Shown: positions 1-11,600 of the stretch, in pieces
How the letters are laid out: each line of letters begins with the position of its first letter
Numbering within the stretch: position 1 is the first letter of the stretch
From: a virus
Lineage: Duplodnaviria > Caudoviricetes
DNA: 64,000 nt
Virus record (IMG/VR): IMGVR_UViG_3300026085_000093
Coordinates: 172,367 to 236,366 of that record
Reading direction: 5' to 3' (one strand)
Notes under the pieces: model-generated
What the model saw: only the letters and a program-made list of their open reading frames with translations
Databases searched by the model: none
Told to the model about the DNA's origin: nothing
Program-made: the position numbers and the translations under genes

Positions 1-1
1 T

Positions 2-3000
2 AGAAGTTATCTTCGTGCAACATCGCAAAAAGTTCTTAATCAACAGTTAGCACCTACAATATACGGTATCGAAGCAGCAAGAGACGAAATGCTGAAATGT
101 GTTCCTGATACAGATCCTGCTAACTTAGACTATAGATATAACATAATTGAAAACTTTGCAATTATTACAAATACTATTACACAAGGAGATAGCACTGCGG
201 TACCAGATGTAGTGTACAACGAACTTGTAGGTATAGATAGCGGTGTTATAGCAGCAAAAGATAACATTGTACAAAATAAAGATTTTATTATTGACGAAGT
301 TGTAAATTATATTTCAGATCAATTTACAGATTTATCATACGACCAAGACAAGTGTGAAAGAGATGTAAGACAAATCACAACTGCTGTTGCATATGATACT
401 GCATTAGGAACAAACTATTCAAGCGTTACAGCAGGTAGAGCATATGCTCGTGCAAATGCAAGTATAGTTTACCAAAAACAAAAAGTGCAAACTATTGCAG
501 CATACCAATACTTAAAATCACTTATGCTTGCATTACCTAATGTAGTAGCAAGTTCAACTGCTACAAGCAGAGTTAACAATGCTATGGATGAGATTATTGA
601 AATCCTTTCAGCAGGTGATAGCACAAGTGCAGACGATTACACATATCCTTCACCAACAGGTGTTATTGCAGCAAGAGAAAATGCAAGAGATCAACTTGTT
701 AACAACAAAGACTTCATTCAAGAAGAAATTATAAAGTGGGTAGATGAAAATTATCCTACGTTAGATTATGACCAAGATAATTGTTACAAGGATGTAGGAC
801 ATATTGTTGACGGATTAGTTTATGATATTTTATATGGCGGCAATTATGCAACTAGAGATGTAGCACAAGCATATTTTGTAGGTGCAGCAAGTCAATTAGG
901 AGCAGACGAAACTACTGCTACTATTGCAGCATATGGTAGATTAAAAGAAATTACAACACAGATTTTGCAAGGAGATCCAGTATTTAGGTCTTCCGGCAAC
1001 TTGTTAGTACAAGATACATCAGCAGCAAATGCAACAGGTGTTGAAGCAGAACGTGCAGACGAATATATTGATATTATTATTGAAGTAATTAACACAGGTG
1101 CATTGACAAACTTACCTGAAGTACAATATCCAAGTGTGCTTTGGGCAGCAGCAGATGTACAAGCAGCAAGAAGTTCATTGTTTGCAGCACAAGATAATTT
1201 TGCAACTAATATTACAAGTTATTTGCTTACAACATATCCAAACTTTACATATGATAGAACAAAGTGTAAAAGAGATGTAGAACTTATTTTAGATGCTGTT
1301 GTAAGAGATGTTAAACTAGGCACAAACCACAATAGTATTCAAGCAGGACAAGCATATCAAAGAGCAACAGCAACATATTTTGATGTTGCACAAAAACCTG
1401 CAACAATTATTTCAATTAGATATCTAAAAACACTTGCCGCAGCAGGTGCAGCAGGTAGCAGTGTTGCTGTTGAAAGAGTCAATGACAGATTTGATATTAT
1501 TCTAAACTTAATTGAATTTGCAGATCAAACTTTAACTACTGTACCAGATGGAGGCTTTGGTGCACAAACTGCATTACCTAGTGAAGGTAGAACATTCCCT
1601 GCACCGACACCAGCAAGTCAAGAATTAATCGATGCCAATAGATTATTACAAGCAAACAGAGATTTCTTAGTTGAAGATACAATTGCGTATATTGCAAATA
1701 ACTATTTTGTTTACGATAGTGCAAAGTGTGCTAGAGACACTGCATTAATTCTAGATGCTGTAACATATGACTTAGTTTTAGGTACAAATTACAATAGTAT
1801 TCAAACAGCACTTGCATATTATAATGCTAATGCATCTTTAGTGATAAGTGATCAACTTACAGAAACTGTTGCAGCAATTACATATTTAAGAACAGAAGTT
1901 GCTACATTAGTAGCAGCAGACGGACCAAGTGTAGCAGCATGTAATGCATTGTTTAATGAAATTATCGACATTCTGCAAAATGGTGTCGGTAATGCAGATC
2001 CTTTGACATTCACCGATCCGGGTGCAGACGTAAACAAAGCATATGCAAGAACATTACTACAAGCAAACCGTACATTTATTATTAGTGAATTAATTGCTTG
2101 GATTAATTTAAGTTTTCCAACTTTAGTCTATGATCAAGCAAAATGTGAAAGAGACACAGGATACATTATTGATGCTGTATCGCATGATATACAGTACGGT
2201 ACAAACTTTGCAACAAGAACAGCAGCACTAGCATATTTTGAAGGTACTGCATCACAGATTCCTGCGTCACAAAAAGATGAAACAATTGCTTCATATCAGC
2301 AGTTAATTGATATTGCCGATGATGTAATTATAGAAAACAGAGCAGGACAAATTCTTACAGGTAATCCAGCAAGTTCAGCAGAAATGGATGAACTAGCAGG
2401 GTTAGTTACCTACATTGTTGATGTTTTACAAGAAGAAAGCACAGAAAATCTTCCATCACTTTATGAGCCTGATCTAACTTGGGTTGCTTCTAACTTAACA
2501 GACTCAAGAGATTTAATTTTAGCAAGCGGTGACAGTTCTCAATCAGATCTTGTACAAAGTGTAATTGATTATATTAACATAAGTTTAAATGGATTAAGTT
2601 ACGACGAAGCAAAATGTCGTAGGGACAGTGAATATATTATTGACAGTGTGTCACACGATATGCTGTACGGCGGAAACAGAAGTATACTAATTAGCACTAG
2701 AGCATATTTTGATGACGGTGTTTCTACTATTGTTGGACAAGAGTTCCAAACTGCTGATGCTATTGAACACTTGAGAGATATTAGTGTTAGTATCATTGAA
2801 GGTGTTCCAATTGCTGTACAACCTGGAAACGGCGAAACACAAGATCTAAGCGGAACATTTGGTACTTCAACAGAAAGCGAAGTTGCAAACGAACTTTATA
2901 ATATTTTAATTCTTGCAATCACAGACAGTTTAGGACTGGGTACTACTCCACAAAATACTAATCCAGATTATAGCTGGATTAGTAGTAGTCTTGTAGAAGC

Positions 3001-5563
3001 AGCAGACAATATCCTTACAAATAGCACAACATATCAGCAGCAAGTAATTGATTATATTACTGCAAATATAATCGGTTTTAGATATAATGTAGAAAAGTGT
3101 AGAAGAGATACAAATTACATTATTGATGCAGCAGTTTATGATATGATGTATGGCGGTAACAAGCAAACACGTAGAGCAGCAGAAGCTTATTATAGTGGTA
3201 CAATTCTAAGTGCAGCAACCGTAGGTAATGCAGATCAACAAGATATAACTGAATTTACATATAAGCATCTAGCAAGAGTGTTAAGCGATGTTGCACAGAA
3301 CATAGATATTACACCTAGCGGCACACCTACCTTACTGCAAGAAACAGACGGTACAAATGGTAGTGCAGCAGCAGGATTAATTCTAAAAACTCTTGTATAT
3401 AAAATTGCTGAAGTTATTGAAACTACTGTAATTTCTGATTCAGGAAACACAGTATATCTTCCTATCGAACAAGATCACAACTATGAAGGCCTAGCATCTA
3501 TGGAAGACTATGCTGACAGACAATTGATTATGTTCAAAGCACAAGACATTGAAGATGAAGCAATTAGATTACTAAACTTAGAATATGGTGGTGTTGCAGA
3601 ACTTACATTATTCCCAGGTGTACTATCTGTAGAAAAAGGTACACTTGGTAACATGCAACGTGTAAGTACTGTATCAACTTCAGGACATGCATTTGAATAT
3701 GTTGGCGCAGGTATCACTTACAATGCACTTCCGTTCTTTGGCGGTTCACCGATTGCTGCAAACGAAATTGTTGAAACAAACACTGGTAAGGTATTTGCAG
3801 GCGGTACTGTTGACCAAATTGGTAACTTTAGAGTTGGTAATTTCTTTGCAGTTAATGCTCTAACAGGTGCTATTACTCTTAATGCTAACCAAATTGATTT
3901 AACAGGTATTGCAAGCATTGGTCCTTTCCAAAGATTTGGTATTCCAGTTGGTGTTGAATTAAAAGAAGTAAGTAATAATACAAACCTTATAGCAAGCACA
4001 GGTGCAGCAGATATCAATACTGTACCTACACAAAACGCTGTAGTACAATTCCTAAGCAACAACTATCTAAATAAAATCACAGGCGGCACAGTTGAAGGCG
4101 ATGTTACTTTTGAACTAGACATTGCGGTCGATGGCGGAGACTTAACAACTACTGCAAGTGAGTTTAACCTAGTTAATGATAATGCTAATACTGTTAACTT
4201 TGCTGGCGGCGCTGCAAACATTAACATTGGTGATTTGATTGGTACAACAACTATTAACAACAGCCTAGTTGTTAAAGATGATATCAAATTAGGAGAAAAT
4301 CCTACTACTAATGTTACAACTGATTCATTAATTGTAAACTTACTAAACACAACAGTAACAACAGTAAATGCAATGGGCGACGCGACTACAATTGTTATGG
4401 GTGCAGATACTGGTACGATGACGATCAACAACGACTTTGTTGTTATTGATAGTGATAAAAGTATTCAAGTACCGGTAGGAGATACAAGTGCTCGTCCGTC
4501 TGTACCAGTAATCGGTCAAGTACGCTTCAACACAGACTTACAGTTTTATGAAGGTTATAACGGTGTAAACTGGAGTTCACTAGTTGGCACTATCGATGCT
4601 GATCAAGATACATTTATTAGACCAGAAGTTGGCCCAGGTACTGACGAAGATACATTAGAATTCTACGCTGATGGTACAAAGAGAATGTTCTTAAATTCAA
4701 GCACATTGAATATTGATGAGACAATTGATGTTATAATTAACAGCGATACACAATCAAGAAGTACTGAAAGCGGTGCAGTTGTTGTTACAGGCGGCATGGG
4801 TATAGGTGGCAACTTATATGTTGGCGGCACGATAGGCGGTGATATTCAAATTGGCCATTTAGGAACAAGCACTCTTACAATTAGAGGCGAGACTGTTTAT
4901 GCTCCTGACACAATTAGACTTATTACAGATGCACCTGATAGCGCAGCAGATGATATTGTATATCCGTTAACACTTGCACACCATACTACCACTGGTGCAA
5001 TTACTGCCGGTGCTGGTACTGGTATGAAGTTTGAGTTAGAAACATTCCTAAACAACTTTGAAACCGCAGCACAAGTTGATGTTGTTAGCACAGATGTAAC
5101 AGGTGGTGGTGAAGACTTTGATATGATTATTAGCACCATGCACAATGGATTGCTAACTGAAAAGTTTAGAATCAGCGAACTAACTTCAACATTAACAACA
5201 AGTTTAGCGATTGAACAAAATCTTACTGTAACAGGTATATTAGATGCAGCAGCGTTTACTGGTTCTTTATTTGCAGATGACAGTACAGAAATTATTGATG
5301 CAATTAATAACAAATTAACTGTTGTAAATGCTGACATTGGAACGCTTATTTTAACTACTGATCTTGAAGTACAATATGGTGGTACTGGTGTAAGCACATT
5401 CACTGAAAACGGTATACTATATGGAAACATAGCAGACCCTGTACAAGTTACTGATGCAGCAGGTACAAGTGATATTAACGAGTCATTCCAAATACTAACT
5501 GTAACCAGCGATGTTGATTCAACACCAGTTTGGACTGATACAATCGATGGTGGTAGTTTCTAA
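2..5563 (+). CDS. Giant virion fibre/structural protein (VrlC-like), 5'-truncated by the window edge; 7 tandem helical C-x-R-D repeats, then fibre-type C-terminus
   Basis: Frame is open from base 2 (RSYLRATSQK...), so ATG 89 is internal. Repeats YDxxKCxRD...YD...GxN. Domain SGHAFEYVGAGITYNALP...GNFRVG is shared with the next ORF. Fibre motifs PVGDTSARP/GQVRFNTD; ends IDGGSF. Confidence 0.8.
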   Translation, partial: RSYLRATSQKVLNQQLAPTIYGIEAARDEMLKCVPDTDPANLDYRYNIIENFAIITNTITQGDSTAVPDVVYNELVGIDSGVIAAKDNIVQNKDFIIDEVVNYISDQFTDLSYDQDKCERDVRQITTAVAYDTALGTNYSSVTAGRAYARANASIVYQKQKVQTIAAYQYLKSLMLALPNVVASSTATSRVNNAMDEIIEILSAGDSTSADDYTYPSPTGVIAARENARDQLVNNKDFIQEEIIKWVDENYPTLDYDQDNCYKDVGHIVDGLVYDILYGGNYATRDVAQAYFVGAASQLGADETTATIAAYGRLKEITTQILQGDPVFRSSGNLLVQDTSAANATGVEAERADEYIDIIIEVINTGALTNLPEVQYPSVLWAAADVQAARSSLFAAQDNFATNITSYLLTTYPNFTYDRTKCKRDVELILDAVVRDVKLGTNHNSIQAGQAYQRATATYFDVAQKPATIISIRYLKTLAAAGAAGSSVAVERVNDRFDIILNLIEFADQTLTTVPDGGFGAQTALPSEGRTFPAPTPASQELIDANRLLQANRDFLVEDTIAYIANNYFVYDSAKCARDTALILDAVTYDLVLGTNYNSIQTALAYYNANASLVISDQLTETVAAITYLRTEVATLVAADGPSVAACNALFNEIIDILQNGVGNADPLTFTDPGADVNKAYARTLLQANRTFIISELIAWINLSFPTLVYDQAKCERDTGYIIDAVSHDIQYGTNFATRTAALAYFEGTASQIPASQKDETIASYQQLIDIADDVIIENRAGQILTGNPASSAEMDELAGLVTYIVDVLQEESTENLPSLYEPDLTWVASNLTDSRDLILASGDSSQSDLVQSVIDYINISLNGLSYDEAKCRRDSEYIIDSVSHDMLYGGNRSILISTRAYFDDGVSTIVGQEFQTADAIEHLRDISVSIIEGVPIAVQPGNGETQDLSGTFGTSTESEVANELYNILILAITDSLGLGTTPQNTNPDYSWISSSLVEAADNILTNSTTYQQQVIDYITANIIGFRYNVEKCRRDTNYIIDAAVYDMMYGGNKQTRRAAEAYYSGTILSAATVGNADQQDITEFTYKHLARVLSDVAQNIDITPSGTPTLLQETDGTNGSAAAGLILKTLVYKIAEVIETTVISDSGNTVYLPIEQDHNYEGLASMEDYADRQLIMFKAQDIEDEAIRLLNLEYGGVAELTLFPGVLSVEKGTLGNMQRVSTVSTSGHAFEYVGAGITYNALPFFGGSPIAANEIVETNTGKVFAGGTVDQIGNFRVGNFFAVNALTGAITLNANQIDLTGIASIGPFQRFGIPVGVELKEVSNNTNLIASTGAADINTVPTQNAVVQFLSNNYLNKITGGTVEGDVTFELDIAVDGGDLTTTASEFNLVNDNANTVNFAGGAANINIGDLIGTTTINNSLVVKDDIKLGENPTTNVTTDSLIVNLLNTTVTTVNAMGDATTIVMGADTGTMTINNDFVVIDSDKSIQVPVGDTSARPSVPVIGQVRFNTDLQFYEGYNGVNWSSLVGTIDADQDTFIRPEVGPGTDEDTLEFYADGTKRMFLNSSTLNIDETIDVIINSDTQSRSTESGAVVVTGGMGIGGNLYVGGTIGGDIQIGHLGTSTLTIRGETVYAPDTIRLITDAPDSAADDIVYPLTLAHHTTTGAITAGAGTGMKFELETFLNNFETAAQVDVVSTDVTGGGEDFDMIISTMHNGLLTEKFRISELTSTLTTSLAIEQNLTVTGILDAAAFTGSLFADDSTEIIDAINNKLTVVNADIGTLILTTDLEVQYGGTGVSTFTENGILYGNIADPVQVTDAAGTSDINESFQILTVTSDVDSTPVWTDTIDGGSF

Positions 5564-5586
5564 AAACTACCACTATTAATTTCCTT

Positions 5587-5594
5587 GATAAATA
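5587..5594 (+). promoter_or_regulatory. T4-late-like promoter box GATAAATA upstream of the tail fibre gene
   Basis: Variant of T4 TATAAATA in intergenic DNA; AGGAG Shine-Dalgarno before ATG 5670. Confidence 0.6.
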
Positions 5595-5669
5595 CATTTA
5601 GCAATTTCTATTGCTTTAACGTGGGCGTCTACATAGACTTGACCCGTACCTTGATAGGAGATAAGCCTT

Positions 5670-8600
5670 ATGGCAACCAGAATTAGACACAAGCGAAGTG
5701 CGGTCGCTGACAAGAAACCTATAGTTTCACAATTAGACAGCGGCGAATTAGCAATTAACACAGCAGACGGTAAAGTTTTCCTACTTAGAGATGACAATAC
5801 TGTTCAAGATATTACAAGAAGAATTTTTTCTAAAGATACTGAATTAGCAGTTAACGAACCTGATGATAGTACATCTGGCACCATTGATATGACAATTGAC
5901 GGTGAAAAGAAATTTATCGGTTCTATTAGCGACTTAGAATTTCTTGATGATGTTACTATTGACAATGCTAAGTCACTGAAGATGAGAGAAGCAACTGCTT
6001 CAGGTCTTGACAGTATTAATATTAAAGCGCCTACTACTATTCCAAGTTCATATGATATTGTTTTACCAACAGAAAATGGAATCGATGGACAGGTTTTACG
6101 TCTAACAAGTGATGGTTCTTTAGCATTTGAAAACCCAGATGTTTACGGTGGTAACGTTGTGTATGTGTCTGCAGAACGTGGTAATGATGCTAATGATGGT
6201 TTGAACAAACCTGTAAGAACAATCAAACGTGCGTGTCAAATTGCTTCTGGTTTAGTTTATAATGTAGACGGTACAACAAACGGTATACGTGTAAACGTCA
6301 AAATTGCTGTAGGTGATTACGAGGAACAAAACCCGGTTATTGTTCCAGACAACACAGTTATCAAAGGTGACGGTTTGCGTGGTTGTATTATCCGTCCTGC
6401 AAACGCAAACCAAGATATTCTACGTGTTAGAAACGCTTGTTATTTTGGTGAATTTACATTTAGAGATAAGGTTGATGCTAACTTTGTTCCTTTATGGACT
6501 GGTGATTATTGTGTTGCATTTGACGATCCGAATGATGCAACTGTAGATAGAACAGGTTACACTAACCTACCTGATACTGCTCCATTCATTACTGTTTCGC
6601 CATATGTACAAAACTGTTCAATTCTTTCTTTCCTTGGTCTAAACGGTGCAAAAATTGACGGTGCTAAGATTGTTTCTCCAAACATTGGTCTAATTCCATT
6701 AGAACAAGAAAATCCAGTGCTCGGTGCTACTCCTGAACAAGGTAAGTCTATGGTTGCTAACGCATTTACTATGCTTAGTTTCGGTGGTACAGGTTGGCGT
6801 CTACTAAACGATGCTTATGCACAGATCGTTTCTTGTTTCCAAATTTTCCTACTAAACGGTGTTTATACACAGTCAGGCGGTTATTGTTCAATTACTAACT
6901 CTGCTACAAACTTTGGTTTGTATTCACTACGTTCATCAGGTTATTCACCTAAAGCATTCGTTTTTGACCGTGCTTTTGTTACAGCAACAGGTCAAAGTGA
7001 AGGCTTACAAACAGTTAGTATTGTTGGTTTAAATCGTACTGCACCAGTTGAAGAATTCGTTTTACGCTTTAGAGATCCTGAATATAAAATTGCTTACGAT
7101 CTTATTCAAGGCGAAACACAAAATATTATTGACGATACTATAACTTATATCACAAACAGTGTTGCAGCCGCAACGCCTGGCGATATATGGTATTTGTTTA
7201 ATTACGACGAAGCAAAGTGTCGTAGAGATTTAAGTATTATTTTAGATGCTGTTAGTAGAGATACATGGGCAACTGCTAATGCTTTGACTAGACAGGCAGC
7301 ACTTGCATACTATTCTCAACGTATTGCAGATAGTTCTAACATTACTATCAGTGGACAAGAAGAACAAACAATTGATGCAATTGAAGAAGCAAGTAGACTA
7401 ACAGGTATTGTACTTACAGATCTTGATAGTGAACCTAGAGCATACGTAGATGAACTATTTGATTTGGTTAAAAATGCAATTGCAGATCCGGACAGTATTC
7501 CGGCATCGTTTGACGTAAGTTCAGAAGGTGAAATTACAAACCAATTTAAAGATCCGCCCGATGAAGTTTTATTTAATGGTGGATCAGGTGTTTCTGAAAT
7601 TACAAATATTTTTACAAAAACAGCACACGGACTTGTAAATGGTGAACAAGTTGTATATAGTGCTAACGGAAATGTTCCAATTCAGGGACTTGACGAAGAG
7701 CAAACCTATTATGTGAAACTAATTAATGTAAATGAATTTAGTTTGACATTTGATGACAGTTTAGAGTTTGATGTTAATATTATTGCAACATCTAGCGGTA
7801 CTCACAAATTCCTTACAAACATCAAAGAATTCTTTGTAAAAGAAATTATTTCAAGTCACACAACATATCAAAAGCTTATTTTACCTTCAGGTAGTGAAGG
7901 TTACGCATTTGTTCCAGGTAGACAAATTACTGCTACAACAGGTGCAGCAAATAACCGTGCTATTGTTTATAGTTGGACACCTAACCTTAGAGAACTTGTA
8001 GTTTCAATCGAAGAAGTTGCAGTAGGTGAATCTACACAGAGAGTACAATTTAGTAATTTAAGTATTATTGATGACGATCACACACCTAGTCCTAACACAA
8101 ATATCGGTGTAAGTGAAGTACAACCATTTGTCGGTTATTCAACCGCAACATTTACAATTGAACCTACAGTTGCAGGCGAACTACTAACAAATCTTGTCGC
8201 GCTTCCTGAGAAAGCAATTTGGTTACATAGACCTTCAATTGTTAACAGTTCATCACACACTTGGGAATTTGCAGGGTCGGGTACAGACTATAACGCCTTA
8301 CCACAAAACGGCGGTAATACAAGAACAGAATACGAACAGTTTGAAGAATTACCAGGACGTTGTTACTCATCAGGTACAAACGAACTTGGTGACTTTAAAG
8401 TTGGTGACTTTATTACAGCGTTTAACAGAACTGGTAACATTACGTTTAGAAACAAAGTTCAGGTGGACGAACTTGATGCTTTGAGACTAAGTCTTTCTAA
8501 TGTTGCCATTGAAGAAATTTCAACAAGTGTTAACTTAGGTGACGATGAAATTGGCGGTCCGAGTGATTCAAGACTATCTACACAGTTAGCAACAAGAAGT

Positions 8601-11600
8601 TTCTTATCAAACAGATTAGGAGGATTTATTGATAAATCTGTTTCAACTGCGGCAGTTCCTGGTGCTATTGTTCAGTTGAATACTAATGGTCAGTTGAATC
8701 CAGATTTGATTCCTGCTACACGACAGTTTACAAGTACAAACACAGATGGATATGAATCAAGACTTACACAAGTTGACGAAATTCCAGCAATCGATCTAAA
8801 AGCAGGTGATATCGGTACAGAAGAATATGATCAAATCGAATTAACATTTTCATCACCAATTTCAGCAAATGACGGTGATTTAATTACACAACCTGTAACA
8901 GGCGCTAGGGGTTTAGCAAAAGGTAATTATGCTTCATCAACTAACTTATTAGTTGCTAGTGAAGATAACCAATTCAAGCCAGGTGAGGACTCAACAGGCA
9001 CCGACTTTGATACTACAAACAATATCTTCATTGCGGGGGTTGACACTGGACAAGCACCATTAACACTTGGTTCGGTATCAGAAATTACTGATAACTTCTT
9101 CTTAAAAAGTTCTAACTCTAGTCAGTATCTTGTATTAGATTCAAGTGGTGCGCCTTTCAACTTTACAGTTGAAACAATTACTAATGTTGAAAGAACAGGC
9201 AATGTTGCTACAATTACAACAAGCGGCAACCATAACCTTGCAATTGGTAACAATGTTGAAGTTGAGTGTAATGATACACTTTACAACGAAAACGGCCTAG
9301 TTACAGGTGTACCTAGTACAACAACATTTACAATAGAAAACACAGGATCTAATGAAGGCAGCAAAGCAGCAACAGGTACAGTAAGGACCATTGTTACTTC
9401 TGCAGACGGCAACGCACAAGGTGCAGTTACAGAAACACGTTTTGGTGTATGTACGAACGTGGATAACGCTAATATCACTGGCGGTAGTGGTTATACACCT
9501 ACACTAGGTACTCTTGTTTACGAAATGGTAGACTTACAAGCAAAAACTGGAGTAGGTACAGGTGCAAAAGCAGATATTACTGTTACAGCAGGACAAATCA
9601 GTGATGTGGATCTACGTAGAGGCGGTACAGGCTATGCAGCAGGTGATTTACTAGAAGTAAATGCAAGTGATGTAGGCGGTACAGGTAGTGGTTTTGAAAT
9701 TGAAATTGCTGCTATCGAAGATAGAGCATATGTAAACATTTTAGGTGGCGAACTTTACGTGGCAAGTGCATCATCGATTGACTTTATTGAAGACAATGAT
9801 GCAGTAAGTTCTAAAATTACTACTACACTAGATGACAGCATTGTGAATCAGTTTTTAGCAGGTACTATAGCAGGCGGCGGCGATGTTGACTATACAACCT
9901 ATAGAATTACAATGACCGCCCATGGATACTCAGACGGTGATCCTATTAGATATAATACATTAGGTAATGTTGCAATCGGCGGATTACTAAATGGTAGTGT
10001 GTATTATGCAAAGCGTATTGACGCAAATACTATCGAAGTATACGAAGATTTTAGTTTGTTAAATCAAATTGAATTCTTAACAACTCCTGCTAACAACGCC
10101 CATCAATGGACAAGATTTAACGTTAACATTTATGATAACAGTATTATTGTTCTAAACCACGGCTTAACAACTGGTGACGCTATTAGAATAGAAGAAGAAG
10201 ATGATGGAAGTTCAGGAACTGGACTATTTTCTATAAACGGTACTCAAGTTATAACAGGTTCAAGATTCTTTATTGGTTCTGTTACAACTAACAGTTTCAC
10301 CCTACATACACTACGTTCAGATGCTTTAAGCAGTATTAACGGACTTGTAACAAATGCTTCGGATATTACTGCAACCGGTACAGGTGATGCAGATGTTATT
10401 CCAAATAATGTGCAAGTTAACACAGTAGTCAATACATCGAGTAGATTGAAAGCAAACTGGAATACACTTGCTGTTACAAACATTGATGCAAGTAACATTA
10501 TTTCAGGTACTGTATCGCCGAGCAGATTAGGTTCAAGTGGTATTGCAAGTAGTGATACATTCTTAAGAGGTGATAGTGCTTATGCTGTTGCAGTTCAAAC
10601 ACTTACAAAAGCCAGCACAACTGACAATCCAATTACACTTACTGGTCCAAACACCAGTGGCGACTATTATGGTGCAGTCGATATCGGTATTGCTAATGTT
10701 GATTATGACCCAGGCGGTACATATTCTACACTAGGTACAAGTAGATTCTTCCAACAACAATTTGATGTTGACGCTGCTGGCACAGGTCAAGTGTTTATCA
10801 AAGATGGTGTAGTTGATGCAGGCACATTAGACGGTTTAGATAGCAGTTATTTCCTTAACCCTGCTAACCTAACAAGCAATGTGCCTGTTAACAGAGGCGG
10901 TACTAACCTAAGTACATATGCTGACGGTGACTTGATTTATGCACAAACATCAGGTACACTAAATGCCCTTAATATTGGTAGACAAGGAAATATACTTGTA
11001 GTAAACAGTGGTTATCCTGTATGGGGTGATGCCGTTGATGTCTTAAATAATTTAGATATAGGTGCAGCAGATACAAGTTCTAAGAGTACTGCTACTGGTA
11101 AAGTTTACAATGAAAATCTTACAACTGTTGAAATAAGCGGTGAAGCAGATGTTACTAGAATTGGTGCAAGTACATCAACTAGAGCAATTACTTCATTTAT
11201 TGACGGATATGATGCTGCAACAAGTCAAGTTGTTGCTATCAATTTAAATAGTTTTACAAGAAACACAAATGAAAACGTAAACAACACAGACGACTTTATT
11301 CCGCTTTCTAGCACAGCAACAATTGAAGTTGGCATGGTTGTTACAGGAAGTGCAAGTTTACAAGCAAACACAGTAGTAACAGGTGTTTCAGATGATGTAG
11401 TATATATTGACAAACCTACAACAGGCACTATTCCAACAACATCTACTTTAACTTTTACTTACACACCAGAAGTACTAGGTATTAGAGCAGGCGATTTTGT
11501 TACTATTGCAAGTAGCGGTGTTGCTTCATTAGATGGTACATGGCCAGTATTAGGTGCAACAGTCAATGCAACTTCGTTTACTATACAAACAGAATTAAAT

